A stretch of 64,000 bases of DNA from Marsupella aquatica. Its lineage: Eukaryota; Plantae; Marchantiophyta. Both the position numbers and the translations under genes were made by a program. The stretch covers positions 12,957,363 through 13,021,362 of the forward strand of contig OZ316895.1 in assembly GCA_973895155.1 (NCBI GenBank), in the 5' to 3' direction. Shown piece by piece: positions 12,601-25,283 of this stretch. Numbering within the stretch: the first letter of the stretch is position 1; each line of letters starts with the position of its first letter. The notes under the pieces were generated by a model. That model saw only the letters and a list, made by a program, of their open reading frames with translations. It had not been told where the DNA came from and did not search any database.

Positions 12601-14484
12601 TCATTTTGCTGAGGTAAAATTCAAGAACTTCTGTGATGATCGGTTGGAATCTATCGCAGTAGTTATGATGTGCTCCATGGCATAGTAGACATGTGAGAGC
12701 ATTGATGATTGTTTCTGCAAGATAGAGGCGGAAGTGTCGATTCAGCATTTTGGATTTAAGTAGGGAGGTCGAAGGGAAATGAAAACACGTTCCACTTTGT
12801 GTTAGTGTGGCATCGACAGTGCGACCCTAAAGTCTTAGACAATCAATTCAGCACCTTCTCTTAAAGTTTAGTTCTCGTGATGATTTTCGCACACTGTCCA
12901 CCAGATGCAACCCTCGTGCACCTAGGTGACTGGAAGCTGAACCGAGTTCTACACTTTGTTCCATGCGGGCTCTACATGCACATTGTAAGGATTATAGCTG
13001 GAAGGTGTTGAGTGATTTGGACCTCGACTTTTTAACACCTAGAATTCAACTGTACACAACAGGAATGGAATGAGATGCATCATCTCAAGATAATGGAGTC
13101 GCTTGGTGGAGATCTGGAGTGGGGTGATCGTTTCTTTGGCCAACATGCTGCTTTCTTTTACTACTGGGTATGTCTGTTGCTTTCATGATTGCACTAGACT
13201 AGCCTGTATCCTTTTTCTTCTTTTGTGTACAGAATTACTTAGAGAACTTTTAGTGGCAACCCAACAACTCGGTTTAATTTTTTAAACCCTAAACAAGCGA
13301 AGCAGGGATCGATGGAATTACTTTAAACTCCTGGCCTTTTAAGGTATGTCACTTGGGAATGACTGATATTAGTGCCCCTCTGGCCCTGTTTTCTTGCAGA
13401 TTCTAAACCTAATGTTTTTCGTGTCTCCAACAGTTGCCTACAACTTCTCTGAGCTCATTGAGTCCCATGCAGGTTGGAGATTCTTTGACCCTGACCTTTC
13501 ATTCATCCTATTCCTTAAGAACAAGTGCTGGTCGATGCATATGGCAGGCTAGTTGGACGCTCGCACCGACATATAGTGACAACTCTGTTGTTTTTCCCCA
13601 CAGTTGACACATATGCGGAGTTTGCTGATGCGAATGAAACGCTACTGAAAACTCTTCCTCCTTCACCCGTGGCAGTGGCCTATTATGAAAGTGAAGACCT
13701 CTACATGTAACATTTCCGTCTCTTTGACTATTGGCATAGTTTACAACGAGCTGTTATCCATAATATGCTACTGTGCCTATTCAGGTGCCGTAGACAACAA
13801 GTCAAATAAATGCTTTGGCAGCCTAGATTTGTGTGTCTGCACAATAATGAATCAGATTATGTTTAGGAGTCGTTTTTTTCTGCCCTTTTAGAACTTTCGT
13901 CAATGGATTTGCACCGTCTTCTTTCTGCTTTCTGGTTTTCTGTATAGAGTACTCTTGATGATTGTTTTGCGGGACGTTTTGCGGGACCCTAAATGCAGAC
14001 GTTGAGAGTAATTTCAAACTTCGTGTCATCTACTCTGCCGGTCCAATTACTGGACCTTTTCTTTCCAAACTGGGAAGGTCTTTGAGTCGATTGCCCGCAA
14101 TTCTGCAGGTATGATGAATTTCAAACCAGCCAATTACCAGAGGGGAGGAGACCAAAAGTGAACAACTTACACGACGTGTTCTTGGCCATTGCTGTACGAT
14201 CCCTAAACCCGCTAAGCAAGATTCTCATATTGACCTTGGCAAAGCTCTATTGTGCGGAATGACTACACGAGATCCTGTTCCTGTGCCGGACTGACTAGAT
14301 CGTGCTGATTGAAAGTAGGTCGTCTGTTGGATAAGACCTTTTGTAAGGACAGCTTTTTCTTAAGATTCACCCTATGTGTCGGTTACAGGGGGATGAAGGC
14401 GAGCATGTGAAGACAATGGTTGCCTGTCAAGAACTCAACACACAGGTTATTAGTCCCCACAGGGCGATAAACATGAAGAAATGA
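9631..14484 (+). CDS. PTOX: Plastid terminal oxidase (plastoquinol oxidase, alternative oxidase family), 11 coding exons, 511 aa
   Basis: Exons 9631-10218, 10883-10928, 11345-11478, 11606-11749, 12120-12238, 12571-12613, 13063-13167, 13400-13472, 13604-13706, 14109-14193 and 14389-14484 are all GT-AG and in frame (1536 nt). Di-iron ligand motifs: [40 protein letters not shown]. The PTOX-specific YDEFQTS..RRP insert and a Ser-rich transit peptide are present. Confidence 0.93.
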
Positions 14485-15299
14485 TGTCTTTCAAGTATGA
14501 TTTACGTACATATATAAGTGAGAGATAGTGTGTTGGATAGAAATTTCGGGAAGATTAGATTATAATGAAGTGCGAGTTACCAGTTTGACATCCAAGTGAA
14601 ATTGAGAATTCTACTGTATAATATGTATTAGTCACTGAAAAGTGATGGGTCTTTCTTGAGTTGAAGATTCAAAGAACCGAATTAAGAGTGGGTTTGCAGC
14701 AGGATGACGATTCAAGGTCTACATTGGATACCAGAACTTTTGAACCCCTTTGATTGCTTTTCATAGGACATCTTACTAAAAGAGTGTATTTCTTACAGCT
14801 AGCCATGATATCTCGAAGAAGGGTTTGATTGTGATTCTAACGATTATGCTATCTGCGCTACATATTCTCTGATGATTCTTGTAAGCTCTACCTTAGGGTT
14901 TTTCCTTGCAATCGCTCTGCAGGGCCAAACATCAGACAATCTGCACTTGTTCTAGCTCGCATCAGTTTCTTGCATCGCAAAGCATGTTAATTGTGGAATC
15001 TCTTCCCACTAATTTGTAGCTAAAGTTGGTTTGGTCATACCTGTCCTGATCACTTTGTTAGATGCTATGTCCAAAGCAATTCTTCTTGTGAGCTTCAAGC
15101 TTGTAATGTACAGTAGAAGTATGGCCTAATTGGAAAGGGACCATTTACAACGAGCAAAAATTAATAGGCTTTCCAGCTACATTACTTGACTTGGATGGGG
15201 TAACCCACTTCGAGCAGCAGGGTGAAGGACATGTTACAAAAGGGTTTGAGATCACACAGCTTCTCCCAACATCCTCAAATATTGAACCACTTCAATGTT

Positions 15300-16520
15300 G
15301 AAAGATGAATCACTCCATCACCACTTTCACCTTGGCTTCAACACACCTTCACACGGTACTCTCGAATGGAAGATAAAGCGTTATTATTTCTCTTTACAAA
15401 CCTCTACCATGCATATAATTATATTAAACAGGTTTGTTTCATCCTCAACAACCAGGACGAATTTTAGACTGTTCTTCTGCTCAAGACGCTTTCTGCTGCA
15501 CGGGCAAATTTCTGCAAAATAATTCTCCTAAAGTTATGCTTTTAAAGGAGTACTTGCTAGCGAGATCTCAATTTTGGCCTGAAGTTCCAAAGTGGGACTC
15601 CAAGTATATCCGCGTGTAAAATCTTCAATCCAGGACACCAGATAGTTAACAGCTCTTTGAAAGGTCTGATCATCTTACTGGAAGAGTGTACTGGACGAGT
15701 GTACTTTCTCTGGGCAAACCAGAGATCATATCTGTAATGAAGTGGTGGCTCCACTTTCAACCTAAGAACAATCCTAGATGCGGCACAAGAGGTGGGCTCA
15801 ACTGACCTGAATCATCTCAATGAACGATAACACAGGAGAATCTGAGCTAGAGTTCGAGCTGTGCGGCCAAGGAGCGACTGAGGGACTTCGCAATTGAGAA
15901 TTGCAATAAGCAAGATCTCAAATAAAAACGAGGTAGAGAGATCGAATGTAATTCCAATCTCCTGGATGCCCTCTCCTTCCATGTTATCGAGAATTACTTA
16001 GAACTTGAAAAAGGTCCTTGGTCCTTATGCCAAAGTGAGAAATGGGAGACGCTTGTTATTCAAGATGGCCCGCAGGAAAAGTCACTGGTTAATCAAAATG
16101 AGACTCAAGGGAACAAAGAACGCTTTCCCCAAATCAAATTCCTCAACTCATTCGTCCGCGAGCCAAGGAACATGGATCCGGAGCTAGAGAAATTAAGCTC
16201 ATCCAAGCTGCAACAGGTGAGTCCTCGCACAACAGAAATTAAGGGCAAATATCCTAGAATTGGTTCGCACTCACTTCCACGAGCTCCTTAACAGTTTTTC
16301 AAGATGTTCTTACCCGGAACTGTGTACTACTCTAACTCAACCTTCGATGATGAGTCCATGATCACAATAATTTCGCATGTTGTTAACGATACAGCCGGAC
16401 TCAATTAAGGTACGCCTCACTAAGAACTCAAGATACTTGCGGTATACAAAATAGTCACGGTGATGTTTGAGGTGGTGACTGGAGAACAATGGCCCTCATA
16501 GTTTATTCCCCTGCACTGCT
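15300..16520 (+). mobile_element. Heavily decayed LINE (RTE-like) ORF2 remnant: endonuclease end, linker and start of RT
   Basis: Broken frames give, in the expected order, EYLLAR..., SDHL (APE terminal motif), LVRTHFHELLNS (cf. W..HF..LLN) and TAGLN*GTPH*ELK...EQWP..FIPL (cf. KAPG.DGIP.E.LK...P..W..IPI). Many stops and frameshifts. Confidence 0.4.
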
Positions 16521-16573
16521 TGGAGATCATTTGCTTTGGGGAATCTATTAATTGTCCCCCAATTCTTGTGGGT

Positions 16574-16793
16574 CTCTGTTGGCTGGAATGTCCTGTGGCT
16601 GCTTTTCATGGGAGACAAAACTACACTAAACCACGTGATGCGCAGAGGAGACATAATTGTTCTCTCCTTGGGACCTGTTTGACTCTAGCAGTCCTCTGTT
16701 GACTGGAATGTCCTTTCATCCTCTGGCTGCGGTTTATGGAAGACAAACGACATTGATAAAGCACGTGATGAGCACAGGAGACAAAAAAGTTCT
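16574..16793. repeat. Two-copy ~120-bp direct repeat, each copy with a CACGTG (G-box)
   Basis: ctctgttg.ctggaatgtcct...ggctgc...atgg.agacaaa...cacgtgatg.gca.aggagaca at ~16574 and ~16694. Confidence 0.75.
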
Positions 16794-17348
16794 TCGAGGC
16801 CAATCCTCTAACATGATGCAATGTTGAAGGTGGGTGTCATCACCACCAGTGTAGTTTTCAAGGTTTTTCTTTATTAGCCAGAGTGGCGAATGTCAGGTCT
16901 GCGAAAGAGACGATGTTACGAACATTCTTTATCAGAAATTCTCAAATTCTTACTCTGACTGTTAGATCTCCCGAAATTTAAGGAGTACCGCTAGATTCTG
17001 GCTAATGGGGCCTATGACTAGATGAGAAACTGGCAGATGGGACATAGAAAATCTAGGCAGAGGTGGAATCTAGCGAAAACTCGCCACTAAAAAACGCTGA
17101 TCACCACCCAGACACGCAACAACACCATAACTGACAGGTCAGAGATCATAAAGTCATTCACAGTGGTCTCCTTTACGGATCATGTCTCGGACAACTGTAA
17201 GTTCTGCACTGTAAAGTCAGTACAGTAGATCCCAATTTGTTCTGTTTGGGTCTGAAGTGCTTAACACTTGTGAGCATTCCACATGTTATTGTTGCATGGT
17301 CTCTGACTCTCTCTGGAGAACTGGTGGTGGGGGAGTAAGGTGCTATTA

Positions 17349-17540
17349 TGACTTAACTAGCCCAATGATGACTTAACAAGCCCAATGCCCATGTATTGCA
17401 ATCGAGCATAAGAGAGACGGCTTGGCAATTGACCAGTAGGCATGACAACTGGATTTCAAAGAGTGTGCAAATGTTGGGAGAGTCACCGGTTGGGATTACA
17501 ACTGGATTTCAAAGAGTGTGCAAGTTGTTGGGAGAGTGAG
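17349..17540. repeat. Two small tandem duplications
   Basis: tgacttaac.agcccaatg occurs twice (17349-17387). acaactggatttcaaagagtgtgcaa..gttgggagagt occurs twice (~17445 and ~17498). Confidence 0.75.
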
Positions 17541-18399
17541 CGGAAAAGATAGAAGTGACACTTTCAGGCCCATCTCATGGTTAGGAAAAAGTATCACCAT
17601 AATCGAATGACTAAGGAGGTTTCCGAGGAGGCTTCCCAGCAGAATGACATTTTGTAAACTGATCATGAGAAAGAAAGTGTGGGATTGCATCCTATGGTGT
17701 TTAGATATAGTTATTTGCTCAATTATTGATGAATGAGAGAAGCTTGTTCTCAAAAACCTGACGCATAGATCAGGTCCTTTTGGTGCCAAGAAGTACTAGT
17801 AAAGTACCATCCTCAAAATCAGCTATCAAGGTTTGTGGAAATGGCCATCATCACATTTACCATTTCATGAGGAGATAATGCTTTTGCACTTGTTTGAGCT
17901 TGTAAGTCTTTGTTGCAACCACCAAGTCATGAGACCAACTTTGGCATTACTGGACAAGAAGTACCACCCCCAAGAGCCATCCCTCGCATCACGAGATTGT
18001 GTAAGAGAGATGGTGTTGTAATGTCTCTTTGAAAGTCTTTCTGGGTATTCTGCTGGGGGGTATTTCTACCACAGGTGCAAATGCCCCTATTAAATCACCA
18101 CCTCTAAAAGGAAATGAAAGCTCAAAAGGAAAGACATTGACAAGGGAGAATGATGTCATGACATGGGACACTTTTTGAATGGTTACTCCCTTAAGTTACT
18201 TACTTCCTAGCAACGTCTAAATACTACCCTAAAATGAGCAAGAGGCCCCTTACTTGTTTCCATATGATCTAGTAAGTTCTGGAAGTGAACCCAGTGACCC
18301 CAGTACCCTGTCATATAAATTATAATTACCAGGGACTGCAACAATTAAATGAGCCATTTCACTGCCACAATGGGAATCTTGAAGAACGTAGAGCACTAT

Positions 18400-19030
18400 T
18401 TTGAAGTGCGTGGTGTCCCTACAGTTTAGGCATTTTTGATCGGAGGCGGTCGACATTCAGAGCTCGTGTTTTACTACCACAAAAGTTGTCATTGTCTATG
18501 CGGACTGGAAATTTTGCAAAGCCTCTTTTCATATCCATTTTACGGCACATCACTGCATTTGCAGCGGCCTGGTTTGTACTTCTAGTCATTCCTACGAACT
18601 TGCTGAATATTTCTATGTCCTCAGTCTTCAAGTTTGAAGCACCTGGGGTAAGCCGCTGCGTGCGTTGCTGATGGCCAAAGAAATCTACATGTTTCGTCTT
18701 CTCGAGGTTGATTGTCATGCCAACTTTGAAGCATGCAGATTGAAACAGTCATACGGATTAGTTACAAAAACCCAGTGGCAACTCTAGAACTCAATTGTGA
18801 TCAATCTAAACGTACACACCTTTGCCAGACACCACTATCGTTACTGTAACGTACAGACGTGAAGAACCAGGATCACTTCAGCTGAATTGTGACGAAATCT
18901 CCGAAGTAAATATCCCGTTTCCATACTTCTGTGGAATTGATACAAGAAACGTCGGCCAGCCCACCGACGAGAGCCAATCAGGAAAATCTGAGGAGATATC
19001 AAAATCTGTCTTTGAGCCCAAAGTTCTAAG
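18400..19030 (-). mobile_element. Decayed LINE (RTE-like) reverse-transcriptase remnant
   Basis: Minus-strand translation gives, in order, KTDFD (cf. KAFD), LSSVGWPTFLVSI (cf. L...GIP..LV), a degenerate YADD position, FQSACFKVGMTINLEKTKH (cf. GL.IN..KT), EDIEIFSKFVG (cf. E.V..FKYLG) and CRKMDMKRGFAKF. In-frame stops are present. Confidence 0.55.
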
Positions 19031-19241
19031 GTGCACATCTGAGAAGCCTCATCAAGCTAGTCACAACACAGCGCCAAGTCAAAGTGGACCAGAATGATAG
19101 ATTTCTAATCTGCCAATTAAAAAACAGGAGAAATTCTAAATCCATCTCAATCAATTACTTTTATTATGGTATTTCAACAAAATGAATCCAATGGTTGATG
19201 TAACAGATTCGCAACGCTAGAGTCTAATTGTTCGTGCTGCT

Positions 19242-19693
19242 AACAATCATCATAATGAATGACGCGACTTTGAGTGATGTCGGATGAATTGAATAAAACC
19301 TCGGAAATGAATTTAAAAAGAAACCATATTTTCCAGGCAATGGTGTTGGGGAATTGGGGTGTCGGCGGGATCGGATGCTTCTAAATTCTCACAATAATCG
19401 CTATGAATGAGACCACTTTAGTGATTTGAGGTAAATTAAATAAAACCTCGGGGATGTATTTCAAGGATGCCACAATTTCGAGGTAATCGTAGTGGGGCGT
19501 ACGTTGGGAACGTACGTTGGGAGTGTCGGCAGGATCGGATGCCTTAAAATTCTAACAATCATCACAATGAATGAGGTGACTTTTAGGATTTAATGTGCAT
19601 TTTATAAAACCTCGGGGATGAATTTAGAACGAAACCACAGTTTCCAGGCAATCGTGGTGGGGGGGTCGGGGGTGTCGGCGGGATCGGATGCTT
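19242..19693. repeat. Tandem array, three copies of a ~150-bp unit
   Basis: Unit acaat.atc...atgaatga...actt...ataaaacctcgg..atg.attt...gg.aat.gt.gtggg...gtgtcggc.ggatcggatgc at ~19242, ~19392 and ~19554. Confidence 0.85.
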
Positions 19694-20724
19694 GCTGCGT
19701 TCTTTCTGGTCGATAGCCAAGTAGACCCTACGTTTCTTTGCAGTTCTAGTCAAATCACAGTCGCAAGAGGTCCCACAAAGGCGAGGTGGCAGCCATGGGG
19801 AGCTTGGAGACTGTGTGTGTCCATGCAGCAAGCCCGGTACAGTAGCATAACAGTAGACAGTACAGCATAGCTGAAAGATTTTCTCCCATGGAAGGTGCGC
19901 CTGGAGCTCCAATTTTGGGGGGTCGATGACGTGCTTTTGGCTCCTGAGTAGGTGGGTCTCCAGTCTGCACTCTCCACGTCTGTTGCGAACTATTTGGCAT
20001 TCCTGTTGATTACGGGAAACAACTTTGAATAGTTGAACAGTCGACTGAGTTCTTGGCATGCGCCAATCCAATATCCAAATCTAGGTGGAATTTGGGGGAA
20101 GAGTGATGCAGAACCGAGCTTCGGTTGCGGGGCCGGTTCGTCACTAATGATTCAGCCGTGTGGGCCGCAGTTTCTTCTCTAGAGAAAGCTTTGGGGACGA
20201 AGGCCCCACGAAAAGGGGAGCAGAGAGTGGTGACGGATTCGGCGATGGTGGCGGTCATGAGCACAATGTTGACAAATTCCATGTGTTCAAGACATGATTA
20301 TAGAAATCAGAGGAAACGATCAAAAAATCCTACGAATTAAACAATATTAGATCTTGCTTAGCCACGAGAAAAAGGGACTCAGCCACGCGAAAAAGGAACT
20401 CTTTCGTCTGTTAATTTTGAGGTCCTGTTGTCACATGTCCTAATATCAAAAAATTATGTCTATTACATATGTGCTATGTACTTAGAGCTAATCTTGTGGC
20501 CCCTTGTCAACCTATATAGTTCTGGAGTATTCCCAGCTGTCCCCTGAAGAGGGCGAGTCGGATTTATTTAGCAAGTTGGCAATGGGTAGGAGCTTTTTGA
20601 ATTCCCTTTTTGAATCGGGAAGTAAACCTTGTAGCCTGTGGAAGTAAGTCATTTCCTTGATTACAAAATAAATAATAAATTAAGCTTCTGCTGTGCCAAC
20701 CACGGAGGCAACACGGTGTTACTG

Positions 20725-21600
20725 AACTGAGTCAGTCATTTTTTGCAAGGGTGTGGAAGTGGGTGTTGAGGTGCAGTTCCACAGAACTGGAGGGTGGTAG
20801 GAAATTGACCATGGTCCCAATGGTAAATTCACTTGCCTCATAGAAGACACTTACACTGTTGGGTCAGTGAGTCAGTTGGACAAGCGTGTGGAAATGGGCT
20901 CTGAGATGCAGTTCCAAAGAACTGGGGAGTGGTAAGAAATTGACCGTGCTCCACAGGGCAAGTTCACTTGTGGTACCTTATAGGCCCTTACACCATTGGG
21001 TCAGTGAGTCAGTTGGACAACCGTGTGAAAGAGGTCTCTGAGCTGCAGTTCCACATAACTGGAGAGTGGTCAGAAATTGACCAGGGTCCGCATGGTAAGT
21101 TCACTTGCTTCGTAGACCCCTTACTCTTTTGGGTTAGTGAGCCAGTTAGACAAGCGTGTGGAAGTGGGCCCTAAGCTGCAGATAGTTCCAAAGTACTCGA
21201 GGGTGGTCAGAAATTGACCATGGTCAGAACAGTAAGTTCACTTGTTTCATAGACCCCTTATATTGTGGGTCAGTGACTCAGTTGGACATGCGTGTGGAAG
21301 TGGGCTCTGAACTGCAGTTCCACTGAACTGGAGGCGGTAAGAAATTGACCTCATACCCTTACAGTTGTGGGTCAGTGAGTCAGTTGGGCAACCGTGTGGA
21401 AGTGGGCGCTGAGCTATGGAGTTTCCACAGAACTTGAGAGTGGCAAAAACAATTGACCATGGTGTCCTCATGCTAGGCACAGTTGTGGTACCTCAGAGAG
21501 ACCCTTGAAGTGTGGGTCCGTGAGTCAGGTGGGCAACCGTGTGGGAAGTGGGAGCTGAGCTGGAGTTTGCACAGAAACTTCAGAGTGGCGAGAATTAATT
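20725..21600. repeat. Tandem array, ~7 copies of a ~100-145-bp unit, upstream of the F-box gene
   Basis: Unit gggtcagtgagtcagttggacaa.cgtgtggaagtgggctctgagctgcagttccacagaactgg..gtggt.agaaattgacc...aagttcacttg, anchored at ~20727, 20863, 21000, 21132, 21269, 21371 and 21516. Confidence 0.92.
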
Positions 21601-22434
21601 TGAGGATGGTCTTCATCTTGGTCAAGAATCCTGTGCCTCGGGAAAAAAACGAGAAGAAATGTGCACAGTGAACCTGGCGTGGGCTGTGGAAGTGCAAGCC
21701 CACTTCCCTCCATAGCCTAGGACAATTTACCTCCCACACGGGAGAGCCGGGAAGACGAAGGGAGGGTGGAAAGGAAGGCTGAAATAAAGAGGGGGAACAT
21801 TGTCGTAGCTTAATCCTTGAGTAAAATAACAGTTGCTTGGCCAAGAAGCTATGGTAGTCGTCAGAGTGACAACACGATTGCTTAGATTTCACTGCGGGAC
21901 AAAGATTGGTTCGTTTGTGCGAATTTTAGCTTCTCTTGTTCCCTCTTGCGGCGTTTTATTCTGCAGCATTGGGGGAGATGCAGTATTGTGACGTAGCAGA
22001 CAGCAGGCTGATCGCACCCTCCTCCCCGTTTAGCTTTGTGTGTCCCCTGTTTTCCTCGTTATCTTTTCTTGTAGATATTTCTTGGTCTTCTTCCTCCACA
22101 ACAGATCGATACTTAGAGTCTGCTTGGCACTCAATTCGTTCACAACACAAATTCGACTGATTGCTCGCTTGATTGGTAGATAGAATGATAGATTAAGGTA
22201 GAGAGGAGAGTTTTAAGCAATCTGATGGGAAGAACAGACATGAATTCCTGTCTGGCAAGGCAATTCTGGTCCTGTAGTTGGGCTATGTCATACGAGAATT
22301 TGTTATAGTGGTTTGATAGGAAGATTGGCAATTAGTTCGACAGATCATAAAAAAATTTGGTTTAGGTGTAGGGTACATTGGAGGTTTGGTTATATGTACT
22401 AGAAACGTAGCAAGAAAAAAATTCGTACTAGAAA

Positions 22435-23589
22435 ATGGAGGAGGACGACGAGGAGGCGGCGATGGAGCCAAGTTTGTGGGAGAACTTGGGGCCTGATATG
22501 CTAATGAAGGTTCTCGCCCACCTACCGTCACCTAGCTGCCTGCGCTTCAGAGCAGTCTGCAAAGGATGGAAGGCCATCATCGACTCACCACAGTTTCTGG
22601 ACTTCTGCTCCGAGATGTGGATGGAAAGGCCCTGGTTCTTAGTATTCCACCGCCTGGAGATCGATGCCGCTCACATGTACGACCCCCGCGATCGGAAATG
22701 GTATACGTTCCCTCTCTCCTTTCTTCCGGTCCCCGTGTGTGGGCGAGCAGCTGCTGGCAGCCTCCTCTGTCTGGAGGAGAGGGAAGACACCTTCTTCAAG
22801 GCACTCTACATTTGTGATCCTCTGGCCAAGACGTGGATCAAACTGCCTCCCATGATGGAAGAGACTTACTGGAGATCTAGATCTGTCACCTTGATGGTGG
22901 ATGAATTCATTGGTGCTTTCAAGGTTTTGGTTGGCTGCAACTTCCGATTGCAAGTGTATGACTCGTTATCTACCACCTGGCAAGGGCTAGGTCAAGCACC
23001 GAGGCCAAGGCTAGGGCAAGCACCCACAATCTCGGCCGGGTATTGCAGGCTTAAGAGCACGCTGTATTCTTTGTCTCCCTCCTTTGGCTTTGCCATCGTC
23101 CCCCAACCTTACCAACTGATGAGTTTCAGTATGGACGAAAAACAGTGGACGGTGGTGAATATAAGGATGCCCAAGTGCTTGACGTACCCTCATCTAGCAG
23201 AGAATGAGCATCATACCCGAATTATGATGGTGGGAGGGGTGTGGAGGAAGAAAATGGTGAGGAGTCTTCGGATCTGGGAGCTTAATTTGGAGAAAAACTC
23301 ATGGGACAAGGTGGCAAGGGTGCCGGATGTCCACTGGAAGCAGTTGACGGCTGGCAATTGGAACACAGCTTGCGCTTGGAGTGGGGAGTGGATATCCATA
23401 GCTTCCTTCAACAGGGTACTGGCCTACAATGTCAGCAATGGAGAATGGGTCCTCTCCCCGCCCAGTGGAGCAGATCCCACCCATGGGCCTCTGATGTCCA
23501 TCTTCCCCTTCAGACCTTCATTCGGGTTTCATACTAGAATTCTAGAACCTTCCAGTGAGGAGCACATTGGAGTACCCATGGAGTTATGA
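22435..23589 (+). CDS. F-box protein with kelch-like/FBA beta-propeller C-terminus, intronless CDS
   Basis: F-box LWENLGPDMLMKVLAHLPSPSCLRFRAVCKGWKAII, followed by YDPRDRKW, AAAGSLLC, ICDPLAKTWIKLPPM, VYDSLSTTW, IWELNLEKNSWDKVARVP and LAYNVSNGEW, typical of plant F-box/kelch proteins. Confidence 0.92.
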   Translation: MEEDDEEAAMEPSLWENLGPDMLMKVLAHLPSPSCLRFRAVCKGWKAIIDSPQFLDFCSEMWMERPWFLVFHRLEIDAAHMYDPRDRKWYTFPLSFLPVPVCGRAAAGSLLCLEEREDTFFKALYICDPLAKTWIKLPPMMEETYWRSRSVTLMVDEFIGAFKVLVGCNFRLQVYDSLSTTWQGLGQAPRPRLGQAPTISAGYCRLKSTLYSLSPSFGFAIVPQPYQLMSFSMDEKQWTVVNIRMPKCLTYPHLAENEHHTRIMMVGGVWRKKMVRSLRIWELNLEKNSWDKVARVPDVHWKQLTAGNWNTACAWSGEWISIASFNRVLAYNVSNGEWVLSPPSGADPTHGPLMSIFPFRPSFGFHTRILEPSSEEHIGVPMEL

Positions 23590-25191
23590 GGTTTGGCTCG
23601 GGTCATTCCTTACATCTGCTGCTGCTGCCGGTGCCTTTATGTGACTCACTGGCTAATAATATCGAGCAGGACGACAATGTGGTGTGGTCTCAACTTTTCG
23701 TAGGAAGGTGGGCAACCTCGGCAACGATTGAACTCACCTCACATTCAGGGATGGGTTCTTTCAGGATGCGAAGGGCAGGTTTTGAACGAATGTTAAACGA
23801 CAGACGTCACCTAGCTAGCAGTAATGGCCCTCATGAACATTCTGTTTCCAACTGGCTCGTTCCATTTTCAAAAATGGTAGCAAAGCTCCAACCCGTGATC
23901 TGACGAGTTAGTTCAGCAGGATCCACTTCCCGATACGCAAGATCTCAGGTTCTAAGAACCAGGGTGGCGCCTTCGGAATTTTGCAATTTGTTCGTTTAGG
24001 ATCAATTGAGCATTCCCGGTTCTCATCGAGGGCGGTATCATCTAGAGCCCTCCCTACAAGTGTTTGAATACGAAGTCGTCGAAAGGTTTTCACATCTTTT
24101 CAGACCGAAATGTTTGTTTTTCTTAGTGTTGGTAGAATCAAGTGAAGGTACGATAGGTAGGTACAAGAAACCAGGAAAACAGGCATACTGGATGAATGTT
24201 GGCAATCGCTCAAGCCCACTTTTGGATGCCATTGATCAGGTTTGGTCTCACTTACACTTAGAAACCTTGGAGACACCTTGCATACACAAGATACACAAGT
24301 TTAGTTGAAAAGGTAGCCTAGATTTTCATGCACTGGGCGCAGATGCTGAAAACTCAAATTGGTGAAATACATGGCAGGAAATCCTGCCAGATAGTGTTCA
24401 TTCCTTAGTGCCCTGAAACAATCTTAGACAATTGTTCTAAAATTCATCCATTCTTAGCTGACCAACTGCAATTGCAATTGACTTTAGTTTAGCGTCTCTG
24501 TTTGCTGTTATATCCTTGAAGTACAGGACGGACACTCCATACTTTTTTACAGAAAAGGAAATAAACTTCCGGACAACATCAAAGGATTGACATGCAGCCA
24601 TTTAGTTACATCTGGGGACTCTCGTCTTTGTGGCTTCAGTTTTAGACTGTATTTCTTCGGTCACTCTGTAGTCTTTGACTTTTGGTCGTCTCTGTATATA
24701 TTCTGCAGATGAGACAGTGGAGGGATATCTTTTGTTAAGACTGATCCACACCATTTAGCTGCAAGTCGAGCAACGAACAAAAGATGCCTTTGACTCTGCT
24801 TTGGGCATCACTTCCTGCAACTGAACGCAATCACATGTTCCTTTAGAGAAACATTCATGTCTTGAGTGATTCATTATTCGGTCCCTCGTTACACAATCCT
24901 ATGTCCCTGTCGCAGGATATTCATTTCGCTTGTTTTCTATTATCCCTGAGCAAAGCAACTCTAAAGCCAGGATCCTTTCATGACACGCTCAAACCCATCT
25001 TAGATACCCAGTGTTCAACTTTTTTGTACCATCCTAACACAACCTACTTTTAGGCTTAAAAGTTACCCTGTCGGGTCCATGGGGGCTCACCCTGAAATGG
25101 GTTCCCTACACTGAAAGTATGTCAATATCGGGGTGAGGAGAGTCTACTAAGTGTTCAAGATCCCAAAAAAACAAAAAACAAAAATCATCAT

Positions 25192-25283
25192 AAACTCTTA
25201 GCCAGACTGCCAATTCTATTGGTGCAAAACAAAAAGAAACATCTTAAACTCTTAGCCAGACCGCCAGTTCTATCCGTGCAAAC
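25192..25283. repeat. Two-copy direct repeat
   Basis: aaactcttagccagac.gcca.ttctat..gtgcaaa at ~25192 and ~25246. Confidence 0.7.

Noticed and set aside
19583-20340. Overlapping 70-160-aa ORFs, one with a transit-peptide-like start
   Set aside because: No recognisable domain or consistent splice model, and part of the longest ORF runs into the tandem array.
23700-24000. Protein-like minus-strand reading (DLAYREVDPAELTRQITGWSFATIFENG)
   Set aside because: It is flanked by in-frame stops, matches no family I recognise and lies in the probable F-box 3' UTR.
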